From: Candidatus Spongiisociaceae bacterium
Lineage (GTDB): Bacteria > Actinomycetota > Acidimicrobiia > Spongiisociales > Spongiisociaceae
Reading direction: 5' to 3'
DNA length: 64,000 bases
NCBI GenBank assembly: GCA_965219685.1
Contig: CBDCOH010000002.1
Location: 480,001-544,000 of the forward strand
Below the pieces are notes generated by a model. That model saw only the letters and a list, made by a program, of their open reading frames with translations, did no database searches and was not told where the DNA came from. Each line of letters begins with the position of its first letter. Positions within the stretch are counted from its first letter, which is position 1. A program made the translations under genes and the position numbers. Below are positions 28,719 through 38,837 of the stretch, piece by piece.

Positions 28719-29329
28719 GATAAGTAGAAGCTGAGGATCTGGAGTTCGGTGGCGAGGTCGACCTGCCTGAGGTGGGTTCCGTCGGGAACGGTGAGGACGG
28801 CCGGAGCGAAGTTCAGGATCGAGGGTACGCCGGCTTCCGCTAGGAGGGTGGCCACTCCTTGGGCGACGCTGGCGGGGGTTGCGATGATGGCAACCGCGAT
28901 CTCGGTGGATTTGGCATCCTCGGAGAGGGCGGAGATGCACCGGACGCCGATCCCGCCCACCCGTCTCCCGATCTTGGCAGGGTCGGCGTCGTAGAGGCCG
29001 ACGATCCGGAAGCCCCGCTGGCCGAACCCGCCGTAGTTGGCCAGGGCCGAACCGAGGTTTCCCACGCCGACCACCACCACCGCCCGGTCTTCAGTGAGTC
29101 CGAGGGCCCGGCGGATGCGGGCGGACAGTTCGTCGACCTGATATCCGACGCCCCTGATCCCGAAGGACCCGAGGAACGAGAGGTCCTTCCTCACCCCGGC
29201 AGCGTTGAGGTTGCTGATGCGGGCCAGCTGCTTGGAGGAGATGGTCGTCTGGGACGGCGCGAGTTGTTCGAGGCACCGTAGGTAGCGGGGCAAACGCTCG
29301 ACGGTCGCAGCTGGCAGCGCCGGTTTCAT
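28709..29329 (-). CDS. rex: Redox-sensing transcriptional repressor Rex
   Basis: PAATVERLPRYLR, VRKDLSFLGSFGIRGVGY, VGVGNLG.AL..Y, ILNFAP. Confidence 0.96.
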   Translation of the reverse strand: MKPALPAATVERLPRYLRCLEQLAPSQTTISSKQLARISNLNAAGVRKDLSFLGSFGIRGVGYQVDELSARIRRALGLTEDRAVVVVGVGNLGSALANYGGFGQRGFRIVGLYDADPAKIGRRVGGIGVRCISALSEDAKSTEIAVAIIATPASVAQGVATLLAEAGVPSILNFAPAVLTVPDGTHLRQVDLATELQILSFYLSGG

Positions 29330-29453
29330 CCGCGGGAGGTTAACGTTCCCGCGGAGGCCCCGAATCACACGTACGGGGCCACCCGGGCTACGGCCGTCGT
29401 CAGGCATCGGCCGTTGGATTCAGCGATGTTCCGATCTTCTATTATCGCTTCTT

Positions 29454-30734
29454 GTGACGGCACCACAGGGCCCTCGTTCCGGGGAGACTGCAGACATCGA
29501 CGCCGGAGAGGTCGCTCCCTGGCATAGGGAGTCGGGCAGAGTCGTTCCGGACGTCGACTTTCCGGGCGGGTTCGGTTCTCACACCGGCAACATCGGGATC
29601 AAGGACCGGACCAGGGACGTGATGATCCTCTCCGCTCCAGAAGGCACCACCGCGGCCGGGGTCTTCACCAAGAGCCGGTTCTCGGGACCCAGCGTCACCA
29701 TCAGCCGCGACCATCTGGCCGACGGCAGGGCGCGGTCCGTGGTGATCCTCTCGAAGAACTCGAACGTGGCCACCGGCGCGGTGGGCGCGGCGAACGCCGA
29801 GGAGTTGGCGCGTCTGACCGCACAGGTGGTCGGTTGCGATCCGAGCGAGGTGATAGTGGCGTCGACCGGGGTCATCGGAGTGCGTTACCCGATGGACCGG
29901 ATCCGCCGCTACATGACCCGTCTCGCAGCCGACGGGGAGGCCTTCGGCGTGCCGGGGTCGGCCACCGGGGCGGCCACGGCGATCATGACCACCGACACTC
30001 ATGCCAAGGTGGCTGCGGCGAGTGCCGGTCCGGCGCGGGTGGTGGGGATCGCCAAGGGAGTGGGGATGATCGAGCCCGATATGGCGACCATGCTGGCGGT
30101 GGTCACGACCGACGCGGCAGTGGCCGCGGATGTGCTGGACGAGATGTTCCGCAGGGTGGTCGATCACACCTTCAACGCCCTCAGCATCGACACCGACACG
30201 TCCACGAGCGACATGGCGGTGATCCTGGCCTCCGCGGCGGCCGGCCCGGTCGACGAGGCGGAACTGGAGGAGGCGATCGGCGAGGTCTGCCTTGACCTGA
30301 CCCGGCAACTGGCTGCGGACGGGGAGGGCGCCGAGACCCTGATCGTGGTCACCGTGGAGGGCGCCCGCGACGACGCGCAGGCCAAGCGGGTGGCCAAGTC
30401 GATCGTGAACTCCCCGCTGGTCAAGACCGCCGTTCACGGCCGCGACCCCAACTGGGGCCGGGTGGCCATGGCGGTGGGCAAGTGCAACGACTCCGATATC
30501 GACCAGGACCGGGTGGTGATTCGCTTCGGCCCCACCGAGGTGTACCCGACGCCGGCGACTCCGGAGATGCTCCGCGAACTGGAGCGTTACCTGGCCGAGC
30601 CGGAGATCCTCATCCACGTGAGCCTCGGAATCACGCCAGGGGGCTCGGGCGCCGACGGTGGCGGCAGTTTCACGGTTTACGGCTGCGACCTGACCGACGG
30701 CTACGTCCGCATCAACGCCGACTACACGACGTAG
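29454..30734 (+). CDS. argJ: Glutamate N-acetyltransferase/ornithine acetyltransferase
   Basis: AIMTTDT, AKGVGMIEPDMATML, DTDTSTSD, DGEGA, DPNWGR, YVRINADYTT. Confidence 0.96.
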   Translation: MTAPQGPRSGETADIDAGEVAPWHRESGRVVPDVDFPGGFGSHTGNIGIKDRTRDVMILSAPEGTTAAGVFTKSRFSGPSVTISRDHLADGRARSVVILSKNSNVATGAVGAANAEELARLTAQVVGCDPSEVIVASTGVIGVRYPMDRIRRYMTRLAADGEAFGVPGSATGAATAIMTTDTHAKVAAASAGPARVVGIAKGVGMIEPDMATMLAVVTTDAAVAADVLDEMFRRVVDHTFNALSIDTDTSTSDMAVILASAAAGPVDEAELEEAIGEVCLDLTRQLAADGEGAETLIVVTVEGARDDAQAKRVAKSIVNSPLVKTAVHGRDPNWGRVAMAVGKCNDSDIDQDRVVIRFGPTEVYPTPATPEMLRELERYLAEPEILIHVSLGITPGGSGADGGGSFTVYGCDLTDGYVRINADYTT

Positions 30735-30773
30735 TTGGTAGTTGGTAGTTGGTAGTTGGTAGTTGGTAGTTGG
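30732..30773 (+). repeat. (TAGTTGG)x6 perfect heptamer array starting at the argJ stop
   Basis: Seen directly. Confidence 0.97.
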
Positions 30774-30913
30774 TCTCTGATAGTTGTAATAGATAGGTAG
30801 CGTTAGATTCAGGTCGTAAGCCGGTCTTGATAGCGCTGTGCAAGGGCAGCGTCGCGCCGGGGCTCGAGTGGGTTGCCGACCTGCGGAGGTCGATTGGTGC
30901 GGGCTGGCCCGGT

Positions 30914-32269
30914 TCAGGGTGGGGCGCGGTTGGTGGGTGTGTGTATCGCTTTGAGTACGGCGTGGATGTGGGGGTCGGGTTCGGGTGGCTGGTGGCTGCA
31001 GGTTCGTGTTCTTGGTGGGATGAGCCGTCGGCGTCGGGGTGGGGATTGGGGGTCTATGCGCATGCCGCGGCGGTGTACGGCGACGTGGTGGTGCCACCAG
31101 CACAGCGTGGTGAGGTTTTCGGCTGTGTTGGTGCCGCCTTGGGATCGGGGGGTGATGTGGTGTGCTTCGAGGCGGTAGGTGGAGGTGCATCCGTCGATGG
31201 TGCATCCGTCGTCGCGGGCGAGGACGGCTCGGCGCAGGGATGGGCGCATCGAGGTGGTGGTTCCGTGGTGGAGGATGTTCTGCCCGGCGACGGTGATGAT
31301 CTCGGTGGTGCCGACGCATTGGATGAGGTCTACGCTGTCGGGTCCTACCCTGGCTCCGGCAAGGATGGCTGCTCCTTGTTCGTTGCCGGACGTCTCGGAG
31401 AGGGGCTGGTTCGCGACGATCATGAGCGCGGGTTCGCGTCTGCGGCGGGCCGCCCGGAAGCGTTCCGCGGTGGTGGCGGGTTGGGGGGTGCGGTCTAGTT
31501 CGTCTTGGCATAGAGTGGTTAGAGCGAGGGCTCGTCTCTGTGCAGCGTTGGGACGGGTTTCGCCTGCGGGTACCAGATTCTCGCCTCTTCGGTCCAAGCC
31601 TTGGCGGCATATGTCTGCTTCGAGGGCGCCGAGCCGCCCGTTCACCTGCACGTGGCTGCCGTCCAAGGAAGGCTGCAACATCAGGTATTGGCCTTCGAAC
31701 ACTGCCCGTTCGTCGTGGCGGCTCATCTTGCGATGGGACTGGAGTACCCGTTTGACGGCTTCGAGGTCCAGGTCCCGGCTGGCTTCGATCACCTCCATCG
31801 AGGCGCCCGCCTCGGCCAGGCGCTCCTCGGCCAGTGCACGCTCGTAGGAGACAGCACCTGCGCGGATCGCCTCGATCTGGTGATCCGCCAACCGCCCGGC
31901 CAGATAGACCAGGTCGCGGGCTGTGGAGCGGCGCACATCGAGGCGGGAGGCGACCATCTCTGTGGGGTTGCGGTACCCCAACCGGGCCGCCGCGCCCCGC
32001 CGCAGCATGTGCCGCACCCAGCCGAGTTGGTCACCGCGGGCCCGGCTGACCTTGGCTTGCGCGCGGACGAGGGCGGCTTCTGCTTTGGCGTCCTCCACAT
32101 CGGCGTGGGTGTAGCCACCATCGGCTGCCATGTGCCGGGCCCGGTCGTAGACCCGCTGCCGTTCCCGCTGGTAGGGGCTCGCGAACAGGTCTGCGTCCGG
32201 TCCTCCACTGTTGGCAGTGGTGGGCTGGACGGTTTCTTGGTCCGGATAGTCGAGTAGGTAATCGAACAT
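30914..32269 (-). CDS. DUF222-like/HNH endonuclease protein (13E12-repeat-like), possibly mobile
   Basis: RRAVLARDDGC..DGC...LEAHHI.P.SQGG....NLTTLCWWHH...H HNH domain; helical N-terminal region. Confidence 0.85.
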   Translation of the reverse strand: MFDYLLDYPDQETVQPTTANSGGPDADLFASPYQRERQRVYDRARHMAADGGYTHADVEDAKAEAALVRAQAKVSRARGDQLGWVRHMLRRGAAARLGYRNPTEMVASRLDVRRSTARDLVYLAGRLADHQIEAIRAGAVSYERALAEERLAEAGASMEVIEASRDLDLEAVKRVLQSHRKMSRHDERAVFEGQYLMLQPSLDGSHVQVNGRLGALEADICRQGLDRRGENLVPAGETRPNAAQRRALALTTLCQDELDRTPQPATTAERFRAARRRREPALMIVANQPLSETSGNEQGAAILAGARVGPDSVDLIQCVGTTEIITVAGQNILHHGTTTSMRPSLRRAVLARDDGCTIDGCTSTYRLEAHHITPRSQGGTNTAENLTTLCWWHHHVAVHRRGMRIDPQSPPRRRRLIPPRTRTCSHQPPEPDPHIHAVLKAIHTPTNRAPP

Positions 32270-32299
32270 ATGTTCTTATCATACGATACCGGTGTGACA
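32262..32299 (-). promoter_or_regulatory. LexA-box-like site over the HNH start codon plus a PafBC/RecA-NDp-like promoter
   Basis: TCGAACATATGTTC at 32262-32275; minus strand TGTCAC-N10-TATGAT ending 8 nt before the ATG. Confidence 0.7.
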
Positions 32300-32829
32300 T
32301 AAACACCCGGGAACCATCCCAAACAGGTGCACACTCAAGGAAACGTTCCGCCTTCTCAGACCACACAGACCCAACGACCGGGGAGTGTCCAGCCGCGGCA
32401 CATCCGAGAGAGACCGCCCGCGGAACACCGCCAACCCACCCAAGACCGCGAAAAACCGCCGACAACCACCACCCCTCCGGGCCCACCCCCACCCTGCCAA
32501 GGACCCGAACACACCTCTCCTCACCCCTTCGGGCATGGGGGCCGGTGCCGGCGATCTGACCCTCGGGCGACCGAATGACGTCCCGTCCGGAACCACCCAG
32601 GCGATTGATACCCCAATCATGCAGAACAGGTATGACACCTTCAACCCCCATGTGACCCGCCAGGCCCAGAGTGGCAAGAATCTCACAGCCACGCAGGTCC
32701 TAGCCGATGTCAGCGCGGAAGGGCGATCGAGTACACCGGCGTACCGGGCAGAGAACGCCTCCGCGACGACGGTGTGGGAGCTAGTGCCTCCACCGGTATA
32801 AGATCACGATCCAGAATCGTCTCGAACCG

Positions 32830-33372
32830 GTGGTCGATCCCATGGTCCTGCTCTTCTCGCTGCTCAGCCTGCTGGCGCTGGCGGCTGCCGTCGGCTTGGG
32901 CGTATCGCTGGTCGGTCGCCGCTCTCGAGCGACCGCCTCCCTGGAACTGGGTCCGTATGCGTTGCCGGTGGCGGCGACGGTTGCCGCGGTCGCCACTCTC
33001 GGGTCGCTCTACCTGTCCGAAGTGGAGGGCTTCGTACCGTGCCTGCTGTGCTGGGTTCAGAGGGGCTTCATGTATCCGCTCGCCATCCTGCTCATAGCGG
33101 CCGCGTGGAGGCCCTTCCGCTGGGCGGCGCAGATCGCCCTGGCGCTGTCGACACTGGGTGGCCTGGTAGCTGTCTATCACTACGCGGAGCAGAGGGGATG
33201 GGTCGGCGGCTCCGAGCAGTTCTGCGACGCGGCGGCGCCCTGCACCTACGTGTGGGTTGAGCAATTCGGGTTCATGTCGATACCCTTCATGGCGTTCACC
33301 GGGTTCCTGCTCATCGCCCTGCTCGCGGGGCTCAAGATGCTCGGGCGCCCAGCACACGCAGATGGAACATAG
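32830..33372 (+). CDS. Disulfide bond formation protein (DsbB/BdbC family)
   Basis: GSLYLSE...PCLLCWVQR.FMYP; second Cys pair; FGFMSIPFMA. Confidence 0.92.
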   Translation: MVDPMVLLFSLLSLLALAAAVGLGVSLVGRRSRATASLELGPYALPVAATVAAVATLGSLYLSEVEGFVPCLLCWVQRGFMYPLAILLIAAAWRPFRWAAQIALALSTLGGLVAVYHYAEQRGWVGGSEQFCDAAAPCTYVWVEQFGFMSIPFMAFTGFLLIALLAGLKMLGRPAHADGT

Positions 33373-33382
33373 GAGCTAGTTC

Positions 33383-34105
33383 ATGGCAAGGACCGGCGGC
33401 AAACGTACCCAACCGCGGGCCCGCCCGTCGGCCCAACCCGCGCCCCAGAGGCCAACCCTCCCTACCGTGACGGAGGAGCCCTCCGGTCTCGGGAAGAGGA
33501 TCCTCCTGGTCGGCGCCGGATTGATCGCCTTGGCGGTGGTGGCGGTGGTCGGATTCACACTGGCGACCGAGGATCAGACCGCCACCGAGGAGGAGGCGTT
33601 CCTGCTCCCCGACGTCACGGTGAGCGGATCCATCCTCCCGCCCTACACCGGCACGGCCGAGGACGCGGGCGTCGGACTCACCATGCCGGAGATCCTCTCC
33701 ACCGACTTCTCGGGACTGCCTGCTTCCATAGAGAGGGACGGGATCCCGAAGATGATCCTTTTCCTTGCCCACTGGTGTCCGGCCTGTCAGCGAGAGGTAC
33801 CGGAGGTGCAAGCGTGGATCGACCAGAATGGCGTGCCCGCAGGCGTCGACTTCGTATCCGTCGCGACTTCCATCGACGAGATCCGGTCCAACTACCCGCC
33901 GGACGCTTGGCTCCGCCGGGAGGGGTGGACACCGCGGGTCGTCGTCGACAGTGCCACGAGCAGGATCGCCAACGCATACGGACTGAATGCTTTCCCGTAC
34001 TATGTCCTGGTAGACGGCTCCGGTACGGTGGTGCGGAGGATCGCCGGGGGGGTCGCCCCCGCGGTGGTCGGCTCCATGCTCGATGCCTTGGCCGCGGGCG
34101 GTTAG
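33383..34105 (+). CDS. Membrane-anchored TlpA/thioredoxin-like oxidoreductase
   Basis: FLAHWCPACQRE, cis-Pro AFPY, N-terminal TM. Confidence 0.9.
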   Translation: MARTGGKRTQPRARPSAQPAPQRPTLPTVTEEPSGLGKRILLVGAGLIALAVVAVVGFTLATEDQTATEEEAFLLPDVTVSGSILPPYTGTAEDAGVGLTMPEILSTDFSGLPASIERDGIPKMILFLAHWCPACQREVPEVQAWIDQNGVPAGVDFVSVATSIDEIRSNYPPDAWLRREGWTPRVVVDSATSRIANAYGLNAFPYYVLVDGSGTVVRRIAGGVAPAVVGSMLDALAAGG

Positions 34106-34107
34106 AG

Positions 34108-36081
34108 GTGCCCTCCCTGCCTCGCATCGATCAGGACGGGCACCGCCTGGCTGCCCACACCATCAGCGCTTTGGCGATGGATGCGGTCCAGAGGGCCAAC
34201 TCGGGCCATCCCGGAATGCCGATGGGTATGGCCGATCTGGCCACCGTTCTCTGGACCCGCCACCTGGTCGTGGATCCCGACCACCCCACCTGGCCGGACC
34301 GGGACCGTTTCGTCCTGTCCAACGGGCACGGCTCCATGCTCCTGTACGCGGTGCTGCATCTGTGCGGTTTCCCGATCACGATGGAGGATCTGATCAACTT
34401 CCGGCAGTGGGGGTCGCCGACCGCCGGCCATCCTGAGTACGAGCCCCACCTGGGCATCGAGATGACCACCGGACCGCTCGGGCAGGGGTTCGGAACCGCG
34501 GTCGGGATGGCGGTCGCCGAGGCCCATCTCAACTCGGTGTTCGGCGACGACCTGGTGAACCACCGGACCTGGGCCTTCGTCTCCGACGGAGACGTGATGG
34601 AGGGTATCTCGGCGGAGGCGGCGTCGCTGGCCGGCCATCTCGGTCTCGGAAAGCTCAACTACGTATACGACGACAACCGGATCTCGATCGACGGCCCGAC
34701 CGACCTCACCTTCAGCGAGAACGTGGCGGCCCGCTTCGAAGCGGTCGGCTGGCACACGGTCGCGATCGACGGGCACGATCCCGAGGCCATCGACGAGGCG
34801 TTCGACGAGGCGTGCACGGAGACAGAACGACCGTCCCTGATCATCGCCCGCACCCACATCGGCAAGGGTGCTCCCAGCAAGCAGGACACCTCCGCCGCGC
34901 ATGGCGCACCCCTAGGGACCGAGGAGATCGCCGGATGGCGACGGGGTGTCGGATGGCCCGGCGACGACTTCCACGTTCCCGACGGCGTCCGGGAGTTCTT
35001 CGCGAACGGGATGGAACGGGGGCGCCGCGCACACTCCGCCTGGAAGGAGAGATTCGGGTCTGCGACCGCGGAGAATCCTGAGACAGCCGGGCGCTGGTCT
35101 GCCTACCACGACCCCGGCCCGGTCGAGTTGGAGGGTCCCGGATTCGAGGTCGGTGCGGGGCTGGCCACCCGGCGGGCGATGGGCGCCATCTTCGACGAGA
35201 TCGGCCGGAAGGTGCCCGGCTTGATCGGCGGTTCGGCGGACCTCGTCGGGTCGACCAAGACGATCCTCTCGACGGGTGGGAGCTTCTCCAGGGAGAACCC
35301 TGCCGGGCGTAACATGTACTTCGGCGTGCGCGAGCACGCAATGGGGACGCTTGTCAACGGTATGGCCCTTCATGGGGGACTCCGCCCTTACGGGGCATCG
35401 TTCTTCGTCTTCAGTGACTACATGCGGCCCGCGATACGCCTCTCTGCGCTGATGGATATTCCCGCGATATGGGTCTTCACCCACGAGTCGGTCTTCCTCG
35501 GGGAGGACGGTCCCACGCACCAGCCCATCGAGCACCTGGCCTCGATGCGCGCGATGCCCAACATGTCCGTGTTCAGACCCGCAGATGCGGGTGAGATGGT
35601 CGAGGCGTGGCAGACGGTGCTGAACCAACGTTCGCCGGCCATCATCCTGGGTACCCGCCAGGGAATCCCCGTACTCGATCGATCAGGACGGGAGGGTGGT
35701 GTCGCTCGCGGCGCCTACGTTCTGCGGGACGGAACGGATGCGGTGGTGATAGCGACCGGGTCGGAGGTCTCCGTTGCCCTGGCGGCTGCCGCGGCGCTGG
35801 TGGACACCTATTCCGTCCGGGTGGTGAGCATGCCCTGCGTGGAGTTGTTCCTGGAGCAACCGGAGGACTACCGCCGGGAGGTCTTGGGAGAAGGCCTGCC
35901 GACCGCCACAGTCGAGGCCGCCGCAACCTACGGATGGTCACGTTTCGCCGGCCCCGACGGCCTCACCATCGGCATCGACCGCTTCGGGGCCTCGGCCCCG
36001 GCCGGCCGGATCGCCGAGGAGTTGGGTTTCACCGGTCCGGCGGTGGCCGAGCGCCTCGCCAACTGGCTCGAAGGCCCCTAG
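34108..36081 (+). CDS. tkt: Transketolase
   Basis: [52 protein letters not shown]. Confidence 0.97.
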   Translation: MPSLPRIDQDGHRLAAHTISALAMDAVQRANSGHPGMPMGMADLATVLWTRHLVVDPDHPTWPDRDRFVLSNGHGSMLLYAVLHLCGFPITMEDLINFRQWGSPTAGHPEYEPHLGIEMTTGPLGQGFGTAVGMAVAEAHLNSVFGDDLVNHRTWAFVSDGDVMEGISAEAASLAGHLGLGKLNYVYDDNRISIDGPTDLTFSENVAARFEAVGWHTVAIDGHDPEAIDEAFDEACTETERPSLIIARTHIGKGAPSKQDTSAAHGAPLGTEEIAGWRRGVGWPGDDFHVPDGVREFFANGMERGRRAHSAWKERFGSATAENPETAGRWSAYHDPGPVELEGPGFEVGAGLATRRAMGAIFDEIGRKVPGLIGGSADLVGSTKTILSTGGSFSRENPAGRNMYFGVREHAMGTLVNGMALHGGLRPYGASFFVFSDYMRPAIRLSALMDIPAIWVFTHESVFLGEDGPTHQPIEHLASMRAMPNMSVFRPADAGEMVEAWQTVLNQRSPAIILGTRQGIPVLDRSGREGGVARGAYVLRDGTDAVVIATGSEVSVALAAAAALVDTYSVRVVSMPCVELFLEQPEDYRREVLGEGLPTATVEAAATYGWSRFAGPDGLTIGIDRFGASAPAGRIAEELGFTGPAVAERLANWLEGP

Positions 36082-36105
36082 GTGTCAGGTAGTTCGTAGT
36101 ACCGG

Positions 36106-36126
36106 CACCATTCACCATTCACCACC
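36106..36126. repeat. Short (CACCATT)n heptamer array
   Basis: caccatt caccatt caccacc. Confidence 0.7.
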
Positions 36127-36215
36127 AGTCGGCCGGCACTCGCCGAGACTGTTGAACCTGCCGGGTACCGGTTGAATGCCGCTCAGCAGGCAGGTGCGCC
36201 GTAGAATCGGGCGAA

Positions 36216-37049
36216 GTGTCCACCGTAACCGCCAACCAAGCCCCCAGCCTGTCCGGATGGCGTACCTACCTGCGCAACCTGTGGCGCTGGCGCGAGTTCG
36301 GGTGGTTCCTGGCCATGGGGAACCTGGCAGCCCGCAACGCGTCGACCTCTCTAGGATTGTTCTGGTGGGTTTTGAACCCGTTGATCATGGCCGCCGTCTA
36401 CTTCCTCGTCTTCGGGGTCATCTTCGAAGGCAGGAGAGGCGACACCGACTTCGTCGCGTGGTTGCTGGCCGGCGTGTTCGTGTTCAACTACACGGCAACC
36501 GCCATGACCTCGGGAGCCAACAGCATCCTTGCCAACCGGCGGCTCCTGGTGAACATCCGCTTCCCCCGGCTGGTGCTCCCGATCTCGGCCATAATCGAGA
36601 CGGGCATCGGATTCGGTCTGTCGATGGTCGTCTATTACGTCATAGTCTGGCCCGCCAACGGGATCCTGCCGGGAGTCACGATCATCTGGCTGCCCTTCGC
36701 CATCGCGCTCCACACCGTCTTCAACCTCGGGCTGGCCGGCTGGACCGCCCGGCTGGCCATCCCCTTCAGGGACATCAACAACCTGATACCGCACCTGAAC
36801 AGGCTCTGGCTGTACCTGTCGCCGATCATCTGGCCGCTGAGCTTTCTGGATGACCAGGGGGAGTTGATCGGGCAACTTGCCCGGCTCAACCCGATGTTCG
36901 GGATACTCTCCTTCTACCGCTTGGCGTTGATGGGTCGGGAACTCGACGTGTTCGCGTTCGTCGTGGCCCTGGCGTGGGTGCTGCTGATCGGGGGAGGAGG
37001 GATCGTCAGCTTCGTGCGCCACGAGGGCAACATGGTGCGGCATCTATGA
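36216..37049 (+). CDS. wzm: ABC-2 polysaccharide export permease (Wzm/TagG-like)
   Basis: LGLFWWVLNPL, IRFPR.VLP, FRDI, YLSPIIW, LNPM. Confidence 0.9.
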   Translation: MSTVTANQAPSLSGWRTYLRNLWRWREFGWFLAMGNLAARNASTSLGLFWWVLNPLIMAAVYFLVFGVIFEGRRGDTDFVAWLLAGVFVFNYTATAMTSGANSILANRRLLVNIRFPRLVLPISAIIETGIGFGLSMVVYYVIVWPANGILPGVTIIWLPFAIALHTVFNLGLAGWTARLAIPFRDINNLIPHLNRLWLYLSPIIWPLSFLDDQGELIGQLARLNPMFGILSFYRLALMGRELDVFAFVVALAWVLLIGGGGIVSFVRHEGNMVRHL

Positions 37050-37789
37050 GTTCCTCGGCGGTCTCGGTCAGGGGAGTCGGCGTCATCTACCGGGCCTACG
37101 TGGACCGGGACTCGACCCTGCGCAGGGTGGTCGCCCGCCGGAGGCTGCGACACGTCACCGAGGTCGTCGCGCTCGACGATGTCTCGTTCGAGGTGCAGAG
37201 AGGCGAGACACTCGGGCTGGTGGGCGACAACGGAGCGGGCAAGAGCACATTGCTGCGGGTGGTGGCCCGCACCATGCGGCCGGACACGGGCACCGTCGAG
37301 ATCCGGGGGAAGACCTCCACCCTCCTTCAGCTCGGCGCCGGATTCAACAAGGAACTGTCGGGGCGGCGCAACGTATACCTGAGCGGCCTGGCGCACGGTC
37401 TGAGAAGGGCGGAGATCGAGCGGCTCTTCGCCGACATCGTCGACTACGCGGACCTGGGCGAGGCTATCGGCCGGCCGCTCAAGTCCTACTCATCGGGGAT
37501 GGTCTCCCGGTTGGCGTTCTCGATATCCATGCACCTGCTGCCGGACATCCTGCTTCTCGACGAGGTACTGGCGGTGGGGGACGCAGGCTTCAGGCAGAAA
37601 AGTCGGGAAGCGATGCGGGAGATGCTCGGCAGGGGAGGCACGGTCCTGGTCGCCAGCCACATCCTCGGCATGATGACCGAGACCTGCGACCGTGTGTTGT
37701 GGCTCGAGAAGGGGCGGGTCAGGGACCTGGGACCGGCAGGACCGGTAATCGAGACCTACAAGCGGGCTCTCCCGTCCCGGGCCGGCTGA
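37046..37789 (+). CDS. wzt: ABC polysaccharide export ATPase (Wzt/TagH-like) without a C-terminal binding domain
   Basis: GDNGAGKST, YSSGM signature, LLLDEVLAVGD. Confidence 0.92.
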   Translation: MSSSAVSVRGVGVIYRAYVDRDSTLRRVVARRRLRHVTEVVALDDVSFEVQRGETLGLVGDNGAGKSTLLRVVARTMRPDTGTVEIRGKTSTLLQLGAGFNKELSGRRNVYLSGLAHGLRRAEIERLFADIVDYADLGEAIGRPLKSYSSGMVSRLAFSISMHLLPDILLLDEVLAVGDAGFRQKSREAMREMLGRGGTVLVASHILGMMTETCDRVLWLEKGRVRDLGPAGPVIETYKRALPSRAG

Positions 37790-37862
37790 GTGTCGACCGG
37801 CCGGACGGGCTCGGTGAGAACGTGGTCCTCAGCTGCTACGACCGGTCGACCATCCGCGACCG

Positions 37863-38837
37863 TCAGCGATCCGGACCGCTCCCGGCAGCCGGTCCGGGTT
37901 CCTGATGTGTCTCCTTCCGGGCGGATCCTCGAAGCGCTTTGCGGGTGGCGATGACCTCGGCTGTTGAGGTGGCGATCAGGTCCCTGGCGAGCAGCACCAG
38001 CCGGTAGCCGCCCAGCACCACCGCAGTACCCACCACCCCTTCCGCCTGGAGCACGGTGGCCATGCTGACCTCGAACACGCCGATCCCCTGGGGGGCGAAC
38101 GGGGCCAGGAAGCCGATTCCCCAGGTGAGCAGGAACCCACCGAGGACCAGGATCGTCCGGTAGGAGTCCGTGGCCGGGAACGCCCTGAGGTAGAGCAGGA
38201 AGGTCACGGCCGACCAACCCCAGAAGACCACGTTGACACCGAGAAGCCTCAGGTATCCCCTCCAGGTCAGGGAGAACTCGACGCCGCGGCGAGCCGCCAG
38301 CCAGGCCACCACCCTGCCTCCGATGGTGGGGGAGGTGGCCGCGATCAGTCCCACGGCCAGCAGGACCATCCAGGTCGCCCCTCCGGGTACTCCTCCGGAG
38401 AGGCCGAGGACGACGAGGCCGCAGATGAGCACGACGGTGAGGCTGGTGGCCATCTCGAGCACGGCTGTGGCGCTGAGCGGGCCGAGGGGCACCCCGGCTG
38501 AACGCAGCAAGCCCACCCGGCCCACCGCGAACCACACCGAACCCGGGACGTATCTGGCCAGCAGGGAACGGGACGTGGCGAGGGTGGCCTTCGCGAACAC
38601 CTGCGGGCGGGGAGCGCAGTATCCCTGCGTGCGGAGACCGACGACCCAGAACCAGCCGCCCACGAGGATCAGTCCGAAGCTGGCCACCAGCGCGGCGACT
38701 ATGAGGAGCGGTCGGGCGCCGTTCACGAGTTCGACCACCTCGGGCCATTCGGATCGGGCCACCCATGCGATCAGGATCACCAGCCCGACCAGGTAACCGA
38801 TCCGTATCACCTTCAGAAGTGGTTTGAGCCGCGTCAT
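37863..38837 (-). CDS. Lysylphosphatidylglycerol-synthase-TM/flippase-like membrane protein
   Basis: LARYVPGSVW...GR, APQGIGVFE, YRL motifs; multi-TM. Confidence 0.8.
   Translation of the reverse strand: MTRLKPLLKVIRIGYLVGLVILIAWVARSEWPEVVELVNGARPLLIVAALVASFGLILVGGWFWVVGLRTQGYCAPRPQVFAKATLATSRSLLARYVPGSVWFAVGRVGLLRSAGVPLGPLSATAVLEMATSLTVVLICGLVVLGLSGGVPGGATWMVLLAVGLIAATSPTIGGRVVAWLAARRGVEFSLTWRGYLRLLGVNVVFWGWSAVTFLLYLRAFPATDSYRTILVLGGFLLTWGIGFLAPFAPQGIGVFEVSMATVLQAEGVVGTAVVLGGYRLVLLARDLIATSTAEVIATRKALRGSARKETHQEPGPAAGSGPDR

Noticed and set aside
29442-31610. 722-aa minus-strand ORF
   Set aside because: Shadow frame antisense to argJ and off-frame to the HNH gene, running through the heptamer array (TTNYQLP repeats).
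30914-32269. IscB/Cas9-like RNA-guided nuclease
   Set aside because: No RuvC motifs or PLMP N-terminus recognised; the architecture fits DUF222-HNH.
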